A stretch of 40,183 nt of DNA from Verrucomicrobiota bacterium (lineage in GTDB: Bacteria; Verrucomicrobiota; Lentisphaeria; Lentisphaerales; Lentisphaeraceae), in contig JBDKFG010000044.1 of NCBI GenBank assembly GCA_039798785.1, forward strand, positions 1 to 40,183, given 5' to 3'. The notes under the pieces are model-generated. The model made no database searches, was not told the DNA's origin, and worked only from the letters and a program-made list of their open reading frames with translations. Below, piece after piece: positions 29,781 through 39,664 of this stretch; position 1 is the first letter of the stretch, and every line of letters begins with the position of its first letter. A program made the translations under genes and the position numbers.

Positions 29781-29810
29781 AAAAAGGCGGCCGCCTTGCA
29801 GCGGCCGCCC
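29781..29810 (-). terminator. intrinsic terminator
   Basis: Minus strand GGCGGCCGC-TGCAAG-GCGGCCGCC-TTTTT just after the stop at 29825. Confidence 0.75.
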
Positions 29811-29824
29811 CGGGCGAAGTCGGT

Positions 29825-31309
29825 TTATTCGTCGCGGTTAAGCTTTTCAGCTTCGGACTTGAGGGTGTCGTACTGGCCTTGGAATTCGCCCCACTCGGCG
29901 GTTTCCTGGAAACGCTTGTAGTAGCGGCCGATGCGGCGCAGGCAGTCGTTGCGCTTGCCGTCCTTGAAGAGGGCGTTGCCGAGCTCAAGGCCCCTGGTCA
30001 GCTCCTGACGGTTGTAGCGCGGCTCGACCGCGGCGATCTCGTCGGCAAGGAGCTTTTTCAGGGTCTCGTCCGCTTCCGACTGGGCCAGGTATTTCTTGGC
30101 GTCGGGGAATTCCTTGAAGGTGTAGAGCAGGCAGGCGAAGTCGAAGGCGAGCTGGGCGTCGCTGAGATTCTTGTCGCGCTTGGGGGTGTCCTTGACCAGC
30201 GGCCAGAGTTCGTCGGGCGGGATGTCGGAGAGCGGACGGGTGAACTCGTTCCAGTCGTCGACGAGGTTGCCCATTTCGCGAATGGCGACGACGACGGTCT
30301 CTTGGGACAGGGTGCGGATCTTGCCGAGGCGGCCGTCGAAGGTCATCGGGCGGTCGCGGAAGATCTGGCCGCGGTTGGCGACCGATTCGAAGGTGTTCTT
30401 GGCGCGGGTGGCGATGGAGGTCATGTTGAGTCCCCAGTCGCGCAGCTCGTAGCCGGCCTTTTCGGTTTTTTCCGGGATCGGAGCGGGCGGGGTGGAGTAG
30501 TCCATGATGTTGAGGGTCATGGCCTCGAAGGCCTTATAAGGTTCGAGGCGGTTGATCGCGGCTTGGAACTCGTATTTGTTAGTGTCGACCTTTTTATCCG
30601 GGGTGTAACGCGACACGTCGACGCATTCGTTGATGATGCCCCAGCGGATTTCGGGGCGGGCGGCGTCCATTTCGGCGGTTTTGGCCTTCACCGCGGCGAA
30701 CTTCTCCTGCATCTTGGTGTTCTGGGTGTCGATGCCGTTGCGACGGTCGCTCTCCAGCTTTTCCTGGTTGGCCTTGAGGGCGGCCTGCTGTTCTGCGACG
30801 TCGTCCTCCAGCTTCCAGGCCTGGGCCAGTTCGACGCTGAGGCGGCTGCGGGTCGATTGGGCGAGGATCTCGTCGCACTCGGGGACCAGGGCCGGGACAT
30901 CCTTGGTGTCGAGGACACGGGGATGCTGCGGGTGGGCGGCGACGAAGCGGGCGGCGGCTTCGCGCAGGATGCTGCCGTTCTCCTGGGTGGTGGTGGTGCC
31001 GCCGTTCTTGACCAGCTCGTCGATCTCGGCGAGTTCGGCGCGCTCCGCCTGGGTCTCGATGTAGCCGGGATCCGGCTTGGGCTTGAAGGCGAAGTAGCCG
31101 CCGACGCCGAGGCCGGCGACGAGGATGAGGCTGCCGATGATCAGGGGCGCCTTCGAGCGGACAGGCTGAGCTTCCATTTCGTCCAGCTCCTCGTCGGCAT
31201 CGGTGCGGGCGGGGGCGCGGCGTGAGGTGCGCGAAGGCTTGCCGACGCTGGCAGGAGGGATGTTGGCGCTGGTGCGGAGCTTGATCTTGGGCTTGTCACT
31301 GTCGCTCAT
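29825..31309 (-). CDS. hypothetical single-pass membrane protein with a large helical domain
   Basis: Disordered N-terminus, TM segment LIIGSLILVAGLGVGGYFAF, coiled-coil-like region, GAGG SD. Confidence 0.8.
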   Translation of the reverse strand: MSDSDKPKIKLRTSANIPPASVGKPSRTSRRAPARTDADEELDEMEAQPVRSKAPLIIGSLILVAGLGVGGYFAFKPKPDPGYIETQAERAELAEIDELVKNGGTTTTQENGSILREAAARFVAAHPQHPRVLDTKDVPALVPECDEILAQSTRSRLSVELAQAWKLEDDVAEQQAALKANQEKLESDRRNGIDTQNTKMQEKFAAVKAKTAEMDAARPEIRWGIINECVDVSRYTPDKKVDTNKYEFQAAINRLEPYKAFEAMTLNIMDYSTPPAPIPEKTEKAGYELRDWGLNMTSIATRAKNTFESVANRGQIFRDRPMTFDGRLGKIRTLSQETVVVAIREMGNLVDDWNEFTRPLSDIPPDELWPLVKDTPKRDKNLSDAQLAFDFACLLYTFKEFPDAKKYLAQSEADETLKKLLADEIAAVEPRYNRQELTRGLELGNALFKDGKRNDCLRRIGRYYKRFQETAEWGEFQGQYDTLKSEAEKLNRDE

Positions 31310-31442
31310 GGCAGTTTCCTCAACTATGGGTTGCAGGTTTGGAACGGCCCAATCTAATCAGAGGTCAAGCTTTCTCAATGGAGACTGCCAAAGAACTTGG
31401 TGTTTATCGCAGATCTGGCATTTAAGCTCGGCGACGGAGGCG

Positions 31443-32081
31443 TCAGACGCCTGTCCGTTCAGCTCCCCAGATGATCTTGTGAAGCTGCATCTGCAGACGG
31501 GCGTCGACGCCGGATTGGAGGATGAGCTCGGCCAGGCGTTCCGGCTTCATCGTCTCCCAGACCGGGGCGAAAAGCAAGGGGACGCGATGTTCGAGGTCCT
31601 TGAAGCGGATCAGCTTCAGGGCCCAGGTGAAGTCGGCGTCATCGGCGATGACGAACTTGACTTCGTCGAGCGGGCCGAGTCGGTCGAGATTGGCGTAGTC
31701 GTTGCGCGCTTCCATGGCGGAGCCAGGGCATTTCATGTCGACGATGCGACGCGCCGTCTGGGGTAGGACGGAGATGTCATGCGAGCCGGCGGTCTCGACC
31801 AGGACTTCGTAGTTCTCGGCGAGGAGGGCTCTGACCAGATCGGGGCATTCGGCCTGGGCCAGGGGTTCGCCGCCGGTGACTTCGACACGCCGGCATTTGA
31901 GGGCTCGGATGCGCTCCATCACTTCGGACAGCTGCAATTCCTCGCCGCCGGAATAGCCATGCGTGGTGTCGCACCAGGTGCAGCGCAAGGGGCAGCCGGT
32001 GAGCCGCACGAAGATGCAGGGGAGGCCGGCGCGCGTCGATTCGCCTTGGATGGAAAGATAGATTTCGGAGATGCGGAGCAT
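31443..32081 (-). CDS. queE: 7-carboxy-7-deazaguanine synthase (radical SAM)
   Basis: EIYLSIQGE, FVRLTGCPLRCTWCDT, TGGEP, VET, DMKCP, QLHKIIW. Confidence 0.88.
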   Translation of the reverse strand: MLRISEIYLSIQGESTRAGLPCIFVRLTGCPLRCTWCDTTHGYSGGEELQLSEVMERIRALKCRRVEVTGGEPLAQAECPDLVRALLAENYEVLVETAGSHDISVLPQTARRIVDMKCPGSAMEARNDYANLDRLGPLDEVKFVIADDADFTWALKLIRFKDLEHRVPLLFAPVWETMKPERLAELILQSGVDARLQMQLHKIIWGAERTGV

Positions 32082-32092
32082 GGGGGTGGGTC

Positions 32093-32238
32093 GGAGTTTG
32101 AGGAGTTTGAGGAGTTTAAGGAGTTTAAGGAGTTTAAGGAGTTATGAACTGCTCGAACCCATTAGGCGGTAAGATTCTTCGATGGATGGCTGCTTCTGTT
32201 AATTAAACTGCTTAAACCGTTTAAACTGCTTAAACGGT
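32093..32238. repeat. two inverted tracts of 9-bp tandem repeats
   Basis: (GGAGTTTRA)x5 plus a partial unit at 32093-32146, and (TTAAACNGY)x4 at 32203-32238. Confidence 0.9.
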
Positions 32239-33090
32239 TCGGATGTCGAGCCCCAGGTCGATGGCGCGGGCGCTGTGGGTGAGGGCACCGACCGAGATGA
32301 AGTCGACGCCGAGGGCGGCGACGCTGGCGATCCGATCCAGTTTCATGTTGCCGCTGGCTTCAAGGAGGGCGCGCTGGCCGACGATGCGGACGGCTTCGGC
32401 CATCTCGTCGTTGCTCATGTTGTCGAGAAGGATGAAGTCGGCACGGGCCTCCACCGCTTCGCGGACTTCCTCCAGGGTGTCGGCTTCGACTTCGACCTGG
32501 AGCTGGGGATAGGCTTCGCGGGCGGCGCGGACGGAGCGGGCGATGCCGCCGGGGCCGGCGAGGGCAGCTAGCTCGCGATGGTTGTCCTTGATCATGATGC
32601 GGTCGTAGAGGCCCATGCGGTGGTTGTCGCCGCCGCCGCAGGTGACGGCGTATTTCTCCAGGGCCCGCAGGCCGGGAGTGGTCTTGCGGGTGTCGAGGAT
32701 GCGGCAGCGGCTGCCGGCGGCCTTCTCGACGAAGCGCGAGGTGAGCGTGGCGATGCCGGAGAGGCGTTGGACGAAGTTGAGGGCGACGCGCTCGGCGCTG
32801 AGGAGGGCGCGGGCCTCGCCTTCGACGATGGCGACGACGGCGCCGGCGCCGCAGGAGCTGCCGTCGGGCAGGAGGATGTCGAAGCGGCAATGCGGATCAA
32901 GTTCGCGAAAGGCGATCTCGGCGGCTGCCAGGCCGGCGATGATGCAGTTCTCGCGGGCGGCGAGCTCGGCGCGGGCGCGAAGCCTGGACGGCACGGTGGC
33001 GAGAGTGGTGGCGTCGCCGGCGCCGAGGTCCTCGGCCAGGGCGATGCGGACGGCGCTGAGGAACTCCTGCCTGAGCTGCTCGGAATTCAT
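32230..33090 (-). CDS. nadC: quinolinate phosphoribosyltransferase
   Basis: ALAEDLG.GD, ERVALN, DTRKTTPGLR, NHRMGLYD, IKDNH, LLDNM, EASG, GALTHS. Confidence 0.97.
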   Translation of the reverse strand: MNSEQLRQEFLSAVRIALAEDLGAGDATTLATVPSRLRARAELAARENCIIAGLAAAEIAFRELDPHCRFDILLPDGSSCGAGAVVAIVEGEARALLSAERVALNFVQRLSGIATLTSRFVEKAAGSRCRILDTRKTTPGLRALEKYAVTCGGGDNHRMGLYDRIMIKDNHRELAALAGPGGIARSVRAAREAYPQLQVEVEADTLEEVREAVEARADFILLDNMSNDEMAEAVRIVGQRALLEASGNMKLDRIASVAALGVDFISVGALTHSARAIDLGLDIRTV

Positions 33091-34175
33091 GATGGGGTCT
33101 CCTGGGTGTGATGGAGAATGGTGACGAAGATGAGGAGTCCGATGGCCTGGGCGCAGAGTATCATGCCGACGGCCGGGCTGCTGCGCAAAAGGGCGAGGGC
33201 GCCGGCGCCGATGACGAAGCTGAGGAGGTGGATCAGTCGCACTGCGTTCTTGCGGCTGAAACCCATGCGGACGAAGCGGTGCGAGATGTGATTGTGGTCG
33301 CCGATGTAGATCGGCTTGCGGTTGCGCATCCGGATGATGATCACCGCAGCGAGGTCGAAGAGGGGGATGGCGAGGATCAGGAAGGGCAGGAGGAGAGGCA
33401 AGGCGGCTTTTGCGGGGCTGCCGTCATCGGACCAGGTGACGAGGAAGCCCTGGACCCCGAGCATGAAGCCGACGAAGTGGCTCCCGGCGTCTCCCATGAA
33501 GATCGTGGCCGGGTTGCGGTTGTAGAACCAGAAGCCGCAGCAGACGGCGCAGGTGACGGCCGAGAGCATGCCGACCAGGAACTGGCCCTGGATCGCGGCG
33601 GCGGCGGCGAAGAAGAGCGAGGCGATGGACCCGATCCCCGCGACCAGGCCGTCCATGTTGTCGAGGATGTTGATGGCATTGAGGATGACCAGCATCCAGG
33701 CCCAGCAGACCAGAGTGGAAAGGTAGGGGTGGCCGGAGAGCATGTCGATCTTGACACCCCAGTGCGCGACGACCAGGAGGATGAGCATCTGTCCGCCGAG
33801 TTTCGACTTGGCGCTCATCGGCCGGCGGTCGTCCCACATGCCGAGACCGAGGAAGGCTAGGACGCCGCCGCAGATCGCCATCAGCTGGATGAATTTCGGA
33901 CTGCCCGGGCCGATGCCGTCGATCAGATCGGCGGGGATGTAGCTGCAGCCCGCCATGGCGAGGCCGAGTCCGCCGCCGATGGTGCCGATCCAAGCCGTGA
34001 CCATGCCCAGGCCGCCAAGGACCGGCGTCGCCTTGACGTGGCGCTTGTGACCTTCGCTCAGCGGCTTGTCGAGGAAGTTGATCTTCCAGGCGAGGGCGCG
34101 GCAAAGAGGTACGGTGATCAGCGCCGCGCTGAAGGCGATGACGAAGACGGTGATTTGTAGCTGCCAAGGATCCAT
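33087..34175 (-). CDS. MraY/WecA-family glycosyltransferase 4 (undecaprenyl-phosphate GlcNAc-1-P transferase-like)
   Basis: TPVLGG, GMWDD, NAINILDNMDGL, IFMGDAGS, HNHISHR. Confidence 0.92.
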   Translation of the reverse strand: MDPWQLQITVFVIAFSAALITVPLCRALAWKINFLDKPLSEGHKRHVKATPVLGGLGMVTAWIGTIGGGLGLAMAGCSYIPADLIDGIGPGSPKFIQLMAICGGVLAFLGLGMWDDRRPMSAKSKLGGQMLILLVVAHWGVKIDMLSGHPYLSTLVCWAWMLVILNAINILDNMDGLVAGIGSIASLFFAAAAAIQGQFLVGMLSAVTCAVCCGFWFYNRNPATIFMGDAGSHFVGFMLGVQGFLVTWSDDGSPAKAALPLLLPFLILAIPLFDLAAVIIIRMRNRKPIYIGDHNHISHRFVRMGFSRKNAVRLIHLLSFVIGAGALALLRSSPAVGMILCAQAIGLLIFVTILHHTQETPS

Positions 34176-34284
34176 AGAGTCGATGCTGCCGCTTGATGAG
34201 GTTTTTTGCAAATCTGCAGTTTAGCCCGTTTCGCCGAAAAGCCTACTCGGGGAGGCTGCGGGGCTGCGGTTTTCCCGGGCCCTC

Positions 34285-34314
34285 TTGCATCCCTCGGCCT
34301 TTTGTGGGTACAAT
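34285..34314 (+). promoter_or_regulatory. sigma70-like promoter
   Basis: TTGCAT-N18-TACAAT upstream of AGGAG SD and ATG 34342. Confidence 0.55.
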
Positions 34315-34341
34315 GGCTCACCCCTGAGCAGGAGTCCAGCC

Positions 34342-34764
34342 ATGTACAACCTTCCCGAGCTTGCCAAGACGGCCGAAGACCGCTTCCTCAACTGGAGCTA
34401 CGACCAGAAGATCCCGGCCCTGTTGACCGCCCTCGCCGCCCACAAGGAATTGCCGAAACCGATCGAGGTACAGGCGGAAAAACTCAATTACCTGCTGGTC
34501 AAAGCCGAGGTCTATTGCCGCTACCGCGAAGCCCTGTCGCATCTCACCCAGAGCGAATCGGTCTATCGAGTCTTTAATGGCCAGGACGGCAACGCCCAGT
34601 CCAATCTCGCCCTCACCAGTCTTATGCCCGATCCCGCCCTTTCCGACAAGGCCGGCGATGTCGCCGTCCATTTCGCCAACCAGATGGCGAGGATGGAGAA
34701 GGAGTTCACCGAGGCCAACGTCGACTACTGCGCCATCTTGCGCTTCCTCCGCCACGGCACTTGA
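34342..34764 (+). CDS. hypothetical protein
   Basis: 140 aa, promoter and SD present, host-like codon usage. Confidence 0.75.
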   Translation: MYNLPELAKTAEDRFLNWSYDQKIPALLTALAAHKELPKPIEVQAEKLNYLLVKAEVYCRYREALSHLTQSESVYRVFNGQDGNAQSNLALTSLMPDPALSDKAGDVAVHFANQMARMEKEFTEANVDYCAILRFLRHGT

Positions 34765-35010
34765 GGCGTGACGGAGGTTCAGGGTGGTGGCATGCCAGGC
34801 GGAGCTCGGCGTCCTTCCAAGACGGCCTTCTCCTCGTCCTGAGTTCATCAATCCTGATCTCGGGAAGGACGACGAGATCAAGACATGCGGCAGCTGCGGA
34901 GTCCGCCGCCAGCGGAGGAAAGGGGGGGGGGATGCGCCTCGATGGCGCCTGATTTAAGTTCGCATATACTTGGGTCATTGTATGTCCAATCCAACCCGAG
35001 AAGTCTCTTG

Positions 35011-35409
35011 ATGAAAATGGCACTGACATTGATGGCCCTCGTTTCGACCGCCATGGCACTTGCGATCTTCTTGCATACACGTCAACAAAAGCACGTTCGA
35101 CTTGTGGTTAACGAAGCCATCGAACAGCGGATCAAGGAACTCGATGAATATCGCCGAGCCGTCCGGGATGGCGAATCGGCGGAGTCCTTCAAGATTTACT
35201 TGGACGAACTTCATTCGTTGGAAACAGTCAAAGACGAGGAATCCCGACGGGAAGCAGCCATCGCAATTCTGGGAGACAGGTTAAAGAACCTGCTGCTTCT
35301 TCTTGAGGGCAGTAAAAACATTCCTGCAGCCAAGGCAAGCGATGTCTTGGAAAGGTGGCAGAACGAAAAGCAGCAAGTGATCGACAATCTCAAGTTGCTC
35401 CGCTCCTGA
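35011..35409 (+). CDS. hypothetical membrane-anchored coiled-coil protein
   Basis: N-terminal hydrophobic helix then charged helices, lower GC. Start uncertain. Confidence 0.6.
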   Translation: MKMALTLMALVSTAMALAIFLHTRQQKHVRLVVNEAIEQRIKELDEYRRAVRDGESAESFKIYLDELHSLETVKDEESRREAAIAILGDRLKNLLLLLEGSKNIPAAKASDVLERWQNEKQQVIDNLKLLRS

Positions 35410-35421
35410 TGAGATCTAGCC

Positions 35422-36591
35422 TCAGCGCCCTTCCATCTGGTCGCGGACCGCTTGCGAGACGATGCGGACGGTGGCTTCCACCTGTTCGCGGCTGGTGAAG
35501 CGGCCGAGGCCGAAGCGGATGGTGGAGAAGGCGGCGTCGTCGTCGCGGCCGATCGCCTTGAGGACGTGAGAGGGAGTCGGGGTTGAGGCGGAACAGGCGG
35601 AAGAGGAAGAGATGGCGAGGCCGGCGAGGGCTTTTTCGAAGCGGCCGTGGTCGAAGCAGCCGAGGAAGCTGAGGGAGAGGTTGCCGGGGAGGCGATCCTC
35701 GGGGTGGCCGTTGAGACGGGCGCAAGGAGCGAGTTCGGTGAGCTGTTCCAGCAGCCAGCGGCGGAGGGAGCCGAGGCGCTCCGCCTCGTCATGCATCTCG
35801 GCCGCGGCGATCTCGGCGGCGAGGCCGAGGCCGACAATGCCGGGCACGTTGAGCGTGCCGGAGCGCAGGCCGTTCTCCTGGCCACCGCCGACGATCAAGG
35901 GCTCGAGATGCTGCTCGACACCGGGGCGGACGTAGAGGGCGCCGACGCCCTTGGGGCCGTAGAGCTTGTGTCCCGAGATCGACAGGAAGTCGATGCCCAT
36001 CGCCTCGCAGTCGATCGCCACCTTGCCGAAGGCCTGGGCCGCGTCGGTGTGGAAGAGGACGCCGCGCTCGCGGCAGAGCTTGCCGATGGCGGCGACCGGG
36101 TTGAGCGAGCCGATCTCGTTGTTGGCGTAGATCAGGCTGACCAAGACGGTCTCCGGACGGAGCGCTGCGGCGACGGCTTCCGGGCTGACCCGTCCGAACT
36201 CGTCGACGTCGAGGAGGGTGACGCTGCCACCCCATTCGGCGGCGCGGGCGCAGCTTTGCAGTATGCATTTGTGCTCGACCTTCGAGGTGATGAAATGCGG
36301 CTTTGCCGCGGCGACGCCGCCAGGGCGCTTGAGCAGCTTGAGGAGGAGGCCGAGGATCACCATGTTGTTCGATTCGGTGGCGCCGGAGGTGAAGACGATG
36401 CTCGAGGGCAGGGCGCCGAGGAGCTTGGCGACGCGGGCGCGGGCCTTGGTGACGGCGCCGCCGGCCTCCCAGCCCCAGGCGTGGTTGCTGGCGGGATTGC
36501 CGAAGAGCTCGGTTTCATAGCGGTGCATGCCCTCGGCGACGCGTGGGTCGAGAGGCGTGGTGGCGTTGTAGTCCAGGTAGATCGGGCGCAT
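35422..36591 (-). CDS. iscS: IscS/NifS-type cysteine desulfurase
   Basis: IYLDYNATTP, FTSGATESNN, EHKC, HTDAAQ, SGHKLYGPKG, RSGT, SSSSAC. Confidence 0.93.
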   Translation of the reverse strand: MRPIYLDYNATTPLDPRVAEGMHRYETELFGNPASNHAWGWEAGGAVTKARARVAKLLGALPSSIVFTSGATESNNMVILGLLLKLLKRPGGVAAAKPHFITSKVEHKCILQSCARAAEWGGSVTLLDVDEFGRVSPEAVAAALRPETVLVSLIYANNEIGSLNPVAAIGKLCRERGVLFHTDAAQAFGKVAIDCEAMGIDFLSISGHKLYGPKGVGALYVRPGVEQHLEPLIVGGGQENGLRSGTLNVPGIVGLGLAAEIAAAEMHDEAERLGSLRRWLLEQLTELAPCARLNGHPEDRLPGNLSLSFLGCFDHGRFEKALAGLAISSSSACSASTPTPSHVLKAIGRDDDAAFSTIRFGLGRFTSREQVEATVRIVSQAVRDQMEGR

Positions 36592-36829
36592 GTGGGGACC
36601 AGGGGGTTGGCGATTGAGGAGTGGCAGGAGACTCGAAGAGCCGCCTTTATGACAAATCTTGATCTAGCTGTCCTTGTTCTCTATACAAGCCCCCTGCACT
36701 CTATAAAAACCCCAAAAGGCGTGAAAGCCCTTTGTCAAGGAATGGCCCCGCGCTAGCTTGCGCCGTGAAGTTTCCCGGCCATCCTGGCCGCTTCGTGAAG
36801 ATTGCAATCCCCCTGGACTCCTTGCCAAC

Positions 36830-38380
36830 ATGTCGACTCCCTGCATCATCGTCGAGAACGAACAGGATTGGAAGCCCTATTTCCCGGTCGAGCGGCTGAT
36901 CAGCTCCGCCGACTACCTCTCCGGCAAATCCGGCAAGGCTGAGCAGAGCTCGATGCTGATCAATCTCTGCCACAGCTACAAATATCTGTCACCGGGCTAC
37001 TATGTTTCCCTTCTGGCCGAGTCGCAGGGCCTGAAGGTGATTCCGAGCGTCGAGACGATCAGCTCCCTGCAGCACAAATCTCTCTATGCGCTGAGCAGCG
37101 ATGATCTCGACGAGGTCCTGCAGAAGTCCCTGCGCCGCCGCGACGAGAAGAAGGAGCCGAAGCCGAAGAAGAAGATGCACCTGCCGCCGGGGATCAGCGA
37201 GCCGCAGCCGGAGCTGAAGGACAACGAGGTGCAGCTCACTATCTGCTTCGGCCAGACTCTTTTCGAGGGATTGAAGGACTTCGCCCGCCAGCTCTTCGAA
37301 ACCTTCCCCTGCCCGATCCTGGTGGTCCGCCTGATCAAGGAAGGCAACCTGTGGAGCGTCGAGACGATCAAGCCCGGCTCGCTCCGCCGCCTCGACAACG
37401 AGGAGCAGGATCTCTTCGCCAACTCCCTCGACCAGTTCTACCGCAAGATCTGGCGCAAGCCGCGCTCCCGCAAGAAGAGCCGCTATGAGATGGCGATCCT
37501 CCACAACCCCGAAGAAGCCCTGCCGCCTTCCAGCCTGCGCAGCTTGAAGACCTTTGTCCGCATCGCCAAGGACCTCGACATCGACGCCGAACTGGTGACC
37601 AAGCAGGCCTACTCCCGCATCGCCGAATACGACGCCCTTTTCATCCGCGAGACCACCTCGGTCAACAACCACACCTACCGCTTCTCCCGCAAGGCCGAAA
37701 TGGAAGGCCTGGTGGTGGTCGACGACCCGAGCTCGATCCTGCGCTGTACCAACAAGGTCTACCTGGCGCAGCTCCTCCAGCGCCACGGCATCCCCACCCC
37801 CGAAACCCGGATCATCCACCGCGACAACTTCCGGGTCGAGGACTTCCCCGACGTCGACAGCAAGCCGGTGGTCCTGAAGATCCCCGACGGCTCCTTTTCG
37901 CGCGGCGTCGTCCGGGCCCGTTCCGCCAAGGAGCTGAGGGAGCACACCTCGCGCTTCTTCGAGACTTCCGCCCTGCTGCTCACCCAGGAGTTCATGCCGA
38001 CCGAATACGACTGGCGCATCGGCATCTTCGACAACCGCCCGATCTTCGCCTGCAAGTACTACATGGTCAAGGGCCACTGGCAGATCGTCAAGCACGAGAG
38101 CAACGGCAAGTTCCGCGAGTCCACCTCGGAGGCCTTCCCGATCCGCGCCGTGCCCCCGGCGATACTCAAGGCGGCAGTGAAAACCGCCAAGCTGATCGGC
38201 GACGGCTTCTACGGCATCGACATCAAGGACGGCCCCCGCGGTCCCGCGGTGATCGAGATCAATGACAACCCCAACCTCGAAGTCGGAGTCGAGGACAGCT
38301 ACTACGGCGAAGACCTGCACTACAAGTTCTTTGAGGAATTCGTCCGCCGGATCGAGAACATGCGCCGCGGCCTCGAATGA
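36830..38380 (+). CDS. RimK-family ATP-grasp ligase with an N-terminal RLAN domain
   Basis: INLCHSYKYLSPGYYVSLLAE (RLAN), YDALFIRETT, CTNKVY, VLKIPDGSFSRGV, QEF, IEINDNP. Confidence 0.9.
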   Translation: MSTPCIIVENEQDWKPYFPVERLISSADYLSGKSGKAEQSSMLINLCHSYKYLSPGYYVSLLAESQGLKVIPSVETISSLQHKSLYALSSDDLDEVLQKSLRRRDEKKEPKPKKKMHLPPGISEPQPELKDNEVQLTICFGQTLFEGLKDFARQLFETFPCPILVVRLIKEGNLWSVETIKPGSLRRLDNEEQDLFANSLDQFYRKIWRKPRSRKKSRYEMAILHNPEEALPPSSLRSLKTFVRIAKDLDIDAELVTKQAYSRIAEYDALFIRETTSVNNHTYRFSRKAEMEGLVVVDDPSSILRCTNKVYLAQLLQRHGIPTPETRIIHRDNFRVEDFPDVDSKPVVLKIPDGSFSRGVVRARSAKELREHTSRFFETSALLLTQEFMPTEYDWRIGIFDNRPIFACKYYMVKGHWQIVKHESNGKFRESTSEAFPIRAVPPAILKAAVKTAKLIGDGFYGIDIKDGPRGPAVIEINDNPNLEVGVEDSYYGEDLHYKFFEEFVRRIENMRRGLE

Positions 38381-38479
38381 GGTCGACTCCCCGGCGGTGA
38401 AATCCACCAGTTTTCATCACGGAGCCCGACTCGGGACTTGAAGCCGGGTTAGATTGTCGACAAATTCCAGGACCTCCCC

Positions 38480-39664
38480 ATGTTTCTCGCGGCGGCTCAG
38501 CACAACCAGTTTCTTGAGATGACCTTCATCTTCGCCGGCTCGGCGGTGATGGCGGCGATCTTCATCCTGCTGCGCCAGCCGGTCATCCTCGCCTACATCA
38601 TCCTCGGCATCATCCTCGGGCCGATGTGCTTCAACCAGGTGTCGCCGGACAGTCTCGAGACGGTTTCGCACTTCGGCATCACCCTGCTGATGTTCCTGCT
38701 CGGCCTCGAACTGCCGCCCTCGAAGGTGAAAGGCATGGCCGGCAAGTCGGCATTGGTCACCCTCTTCACCAGCTTCGCCTTCTTTGCGGTCACCGCTCTC
38801 TACATGGGGATCACCGGTTCGCCCTGGGTGGAGGCGGCGGTGGTCGGCCTCGCCCTGATGTTCTCCTCCACCGCCGTCGCCCTGAAGCTGATCCCGACCA
38901 CCGACCTGCACCACCAGCGCCTCGGCGAAATCATGATCGGCGTCCTCCTCTTCCAGGACATCCTGGCGATCATCAGCATCGTCGTCCTCCAGGGCGCCGG
39001 CCACGCCGACAGCGGTTGGCTGACCATTGTCGTTCTGCTGATCAAGATTTTCGCCCTCGCCGGCGGCTCGCTCCTCGCCGTCCGCTACGGCCTTGGCTAC
39101 CTGATGGAGCGCTTCAGCATCGTCCACGAATACATCTTCATCGCTTACATCGCCTGGTGCCTGCTCGGCGCCAGCGTCGCCAGCGCCCTCGGCCTCTCGG
39201 CCGAGATGGGCGCCTTCGTCGCCGGCGTCTCGCTCGCCACCTCGCCGGCCACCTTGGTGGTGGCGGAACTGCTCAAGCCGCTGCGTGAATTCTTCATGGT
39301 CATCTTCTTCTTCTGCGTCGGCGCCGCCTTCGATTTCGTCTTCTCCTGGCAGAGCGCCGCCATCGCCGCAGGCCTGGTGATCCTGCTGCAGATCGCCAAG
39401 CCCCTGATCTTCGCCTTCGCCTTGCGCCGGGTCGGCGAGAAGCCCAAGGTGTCGTTGCAGGTCGGCAACCGCCTCGCCCAGTCCTCCGAGTTCTCCATCA
39501 TCCTCGGCTTCAGCGCCCTCGCCGCCGGCTACATCTCTAAGAACGCCTTCGGCATCATCCAGATCTGCGTCATTGCCTCCTTCCTGATCTCGACTCTGAT
39601 CGTCACCCGCCGCTATCACACCCCGATCTCCGATCCCGGAGCGTCCCACAAGGACGAAGCTTGA
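38480..39664 (+). CDS. CPA2 cation:proton antiporter (Kef-like, no RCK domain)
   Basis: AYIILGIILGP, LMFLLGLE, SSTA, LFQD, GAFVAG, FF..VG, Q.SEFS. Confidence 0.9.
   Translation: MFLAAAQHNQFLEMTFIFAGSAVMAAIFILLRQPVILAYIILGIILGPMCFNQVSPDSLETVSHFGITLLMFLLGLELPPSKVKGMAGKSALVTLFTSFAFFAVTALYMGITGSPWVEAAVVGLALMFSSTAVALKLIPTTDLHHQRLGEIMIGVLLFQDILAIISIVVLQGAGHADSGWLTIVVLLIKIFALAGGSLLAVRYGLGYLMERFSIVHEYIFIAYIAWCLLGASVASALGLSAEMGAFVAGVSLATSPATLVVAELLKPLREFFMVIFFFCVGAAFDFVFSWQSAAIAAGLVILLQIAKPLIFAFALRRVGEKPKVSLQVGNRLAQSSEFSIILGFSALAAGYISKNAFGIIQICVIASFLISTLIVTRRYHTPISDPGASHKDEA

Noticed and set aside
31443..32081. queE as part of a 7-deazaguanine DNA modification (dpd) system
   Set aside because: No dpdA/tgt, queC, queD or folE nearby; housekeeping context next to nadC.
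31779..32147. ORF ending in EFEEFEEFKEFKEFKEL
   Set aside because: Translation of the 9-bp tandem repeat on the strand antisense to queE.
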